Source: Eremomyces bilateralis CBS 781.70 (taxonomy: Eukaryota). From it: 64,000 nt of DNA. The stretch lies in the NCBI GenBank assembly GCA_010015585.1, contig ML975152.1; one strand, given 5' to 3'. Position 1 is the first letter of the stretch. Each line of letters starts with the position of its first letter. Below, piece after piece: positions 62,952 to 64,000 of the stretch. A program made the translations under genes and the position numbers. The notes below the pieces were generated by a model. It had not been told where the DNA came from. It did not search any database and worked only from the letters and a program-made list of their open reading frames with translations.

Positions 62952-64000
62952 TTAGCATTTTACCTTCAGTGCCCATCCGTATCGCCATATCCTTGCTGAA
63001 ACAATAAGACAGGCTCCAACGAATGTCGACAGGCCTGCCCAAACCTGCGCCCATCTGTATCCTCCGTCATCCGCAGTCAGAAGTGCACCCCCTATTGGAG
63101 CGCCCAATAAGCTTGCAAAGCTCAACACCGTAAACGCCATTCCAAGTCTGGTGCCTAATTTACTAAGATCAGGAGTCAAGCTTGCAATCACTGTCGGAAA
63201 GAGACTTTGGAATGACGCTGCACATATCCCGTACGCCGCCACGAACGCATAAAATCCTCCGATCGAGGTGATGCTCAGCCAGCAGAAAGAGACGACGGCG
63301 ACCACAAACACGATCGGGGCGAAGGTGTTCAGCACGCCAAAGTATCTGTCGGCGATCAGTCCGGGAAGGAGACGAGCGGGGACGCCGACACCGTTGAGGA
63401 CGAGAATGAGGTTGAGAGAATCGGTATAGGAGAGGCCGATGACTGCACGCCCGTAGGATGCGATCTGAATGACAGCGGTTAGCAATTTCAACTTCGGGTT
63501 CGCAGGGTCGATGGATTGTCTTACATAATAAAATACGAAGTAATTAGACGAGAGCGTGAAACAGATTCCCAGGACGAATAACACGAAGGGCACATCTTTT
63601 AACGAACTCAGCTCAATAATCGGACCAGCTTTTCGAGGAGGTAGACGAGGTCTCATGAATGCCAAAACCACCAGTAAGCAGCCCAGATTCACGAAGGCAA
63701 GCACTCTCATTGTCCAAGCAAATCCAGCCTTTGGAAGCAACTGTCTGACAATAAGGGGATAAATTAATCCCCCGATTGCATTGCCCGTCGTGGCCATCCC
63801 AAGCGCCAATCCTCTATGTTTGTCAAAATAGGTTCCTACCAGCCCCACGGTCGGAGTGAAGAATATCCCACCTCCCGCCCCCGTCAAGACTCCTTGCGTG
63901 AGGAACAGCTGCCAATAGTTGTGGCTGATACTCATGAGGAACATCCCTAGGACCATTAGCACAATCCCTAGCGCAAAGGCGGGGACAAAGAGTCCGTAGT
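62952..64000 (-). CDS. MFS monocarboxylate-porter (Mch-like) transporter, 5' part outside the window; intron 63465-63524
   Basis: YWQLFLTQGVLTGAGGGIFF.P...GTYFDKHRGLALG..TTG..IGG, GFAWTMR, RLPPR, GLIADRYFG and GTRLGM, with multiple TM helices. Confidence 0.9.
   Translation of the reverse strand, partial: YGLFVPAFALGIVLMVLGMFLMSISHNYWQLFLTQGVLTGAGGGIFFTPTVGLVGTYFDKHRGLALGMATTGNAIGGLIYPLIVRQLLPKAGFAWTMRVLAFVNLGCLLVVLAFMRPRLPPRKAGPIIELSSLKDVPFVLFVLGICFTLSSNYFVFYYVRQSIDPANPKLKLLTAVIQIASYGRAVIGLSYTDSLNLILVLNGVGVPARLLPGLIADRYFGVLNTFAPIVFVVAVVSFCWLSITSIGGFYAFVAAYGICAASFQSLFPTVIASLTPDLSKLGTRLGMAFTVLSFASLLGAPIGGALLTADDGGYRWAQVWAGLSTFVGACLIVSARIWRYGWALKVKC

Noticed and set aside
1..64000. Apparent excess of stop-free 3n introns (DSN1, sirtuin, YTA7, GDA1, DUF7729-like, MFS)
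   Set aside because: Six among several dozen short introns is roughly what chance predicts at this GC content.
1..64000. Numerous long antisense or alternative-frame ORFs (e.g. 17057-17848, 35787-36575, 59089-59784)
   Set aside because: They are shadows of GC-rich coding sequence on the opposite strand, with no independent motifs.
1..64000. Transposons, CRISPR arrays, RIP-mutated blocks, rRNA or snRNA genes
   Set aside because: I saw no transposase or RT motifs, no repeat-spacer arrays, no long TpA-rich blocks and no recognisable snRNA/rRNA signatures.

Overview
This is gene-dense (about 27 protein-coding loci), intron-containing nuclear DNA from a filamentous ascomycete (Pezizomycotina). 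The evidence is short GT..CTRAY..YAG introns and fungal-type orthologues. The left and centre are mostly housekeeping genes: GGPP synthase (3' end), kinetochore Dsn1/Mis13, a SET-MYND methyltransferase, a Myb protein, a mitochondrial CDF metal transporter, a SIRT4-like sirtuin, a centrin-like EF-hand protein, arsenite methyltransferase, the Agc1 carrier, an NsdC-type C2H2 factor, Yta7/ATAD2, an Rdx (SelW-like) protein, a NOPCHAP1-like protein and Gda1. The right end is more accessory: GH64 glucanase, DUF1264 protein, GPI-anchored proteins, a Zn-finger orphan, an O-methyltransferase and an MFS transporter. I found no convincing tRNA, rRNA, CRISPR array or transposon ORF. I cannot demonstrate a new multi-gene system. 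The best leads are: (1) a lipoyl-less, E3-binding PDH protein-X-like gene paired head-to-head with a putative mitochondrial membrane protein; (2) a spliced GPI protein missed by the ORF track, combining a degenerate 6-Cys CFEM-like domain with a 17-Trp segment; (3) a structured, CpG-poor non-coding block at 27.6-27.95 kb; (4) layered splicing/uORF control of the nsdC-like gene; and (5) a stand-alone arsenite methyltransferase with a Cys-pair tail. All family assignments are from motif recognition by eye, not database searches.
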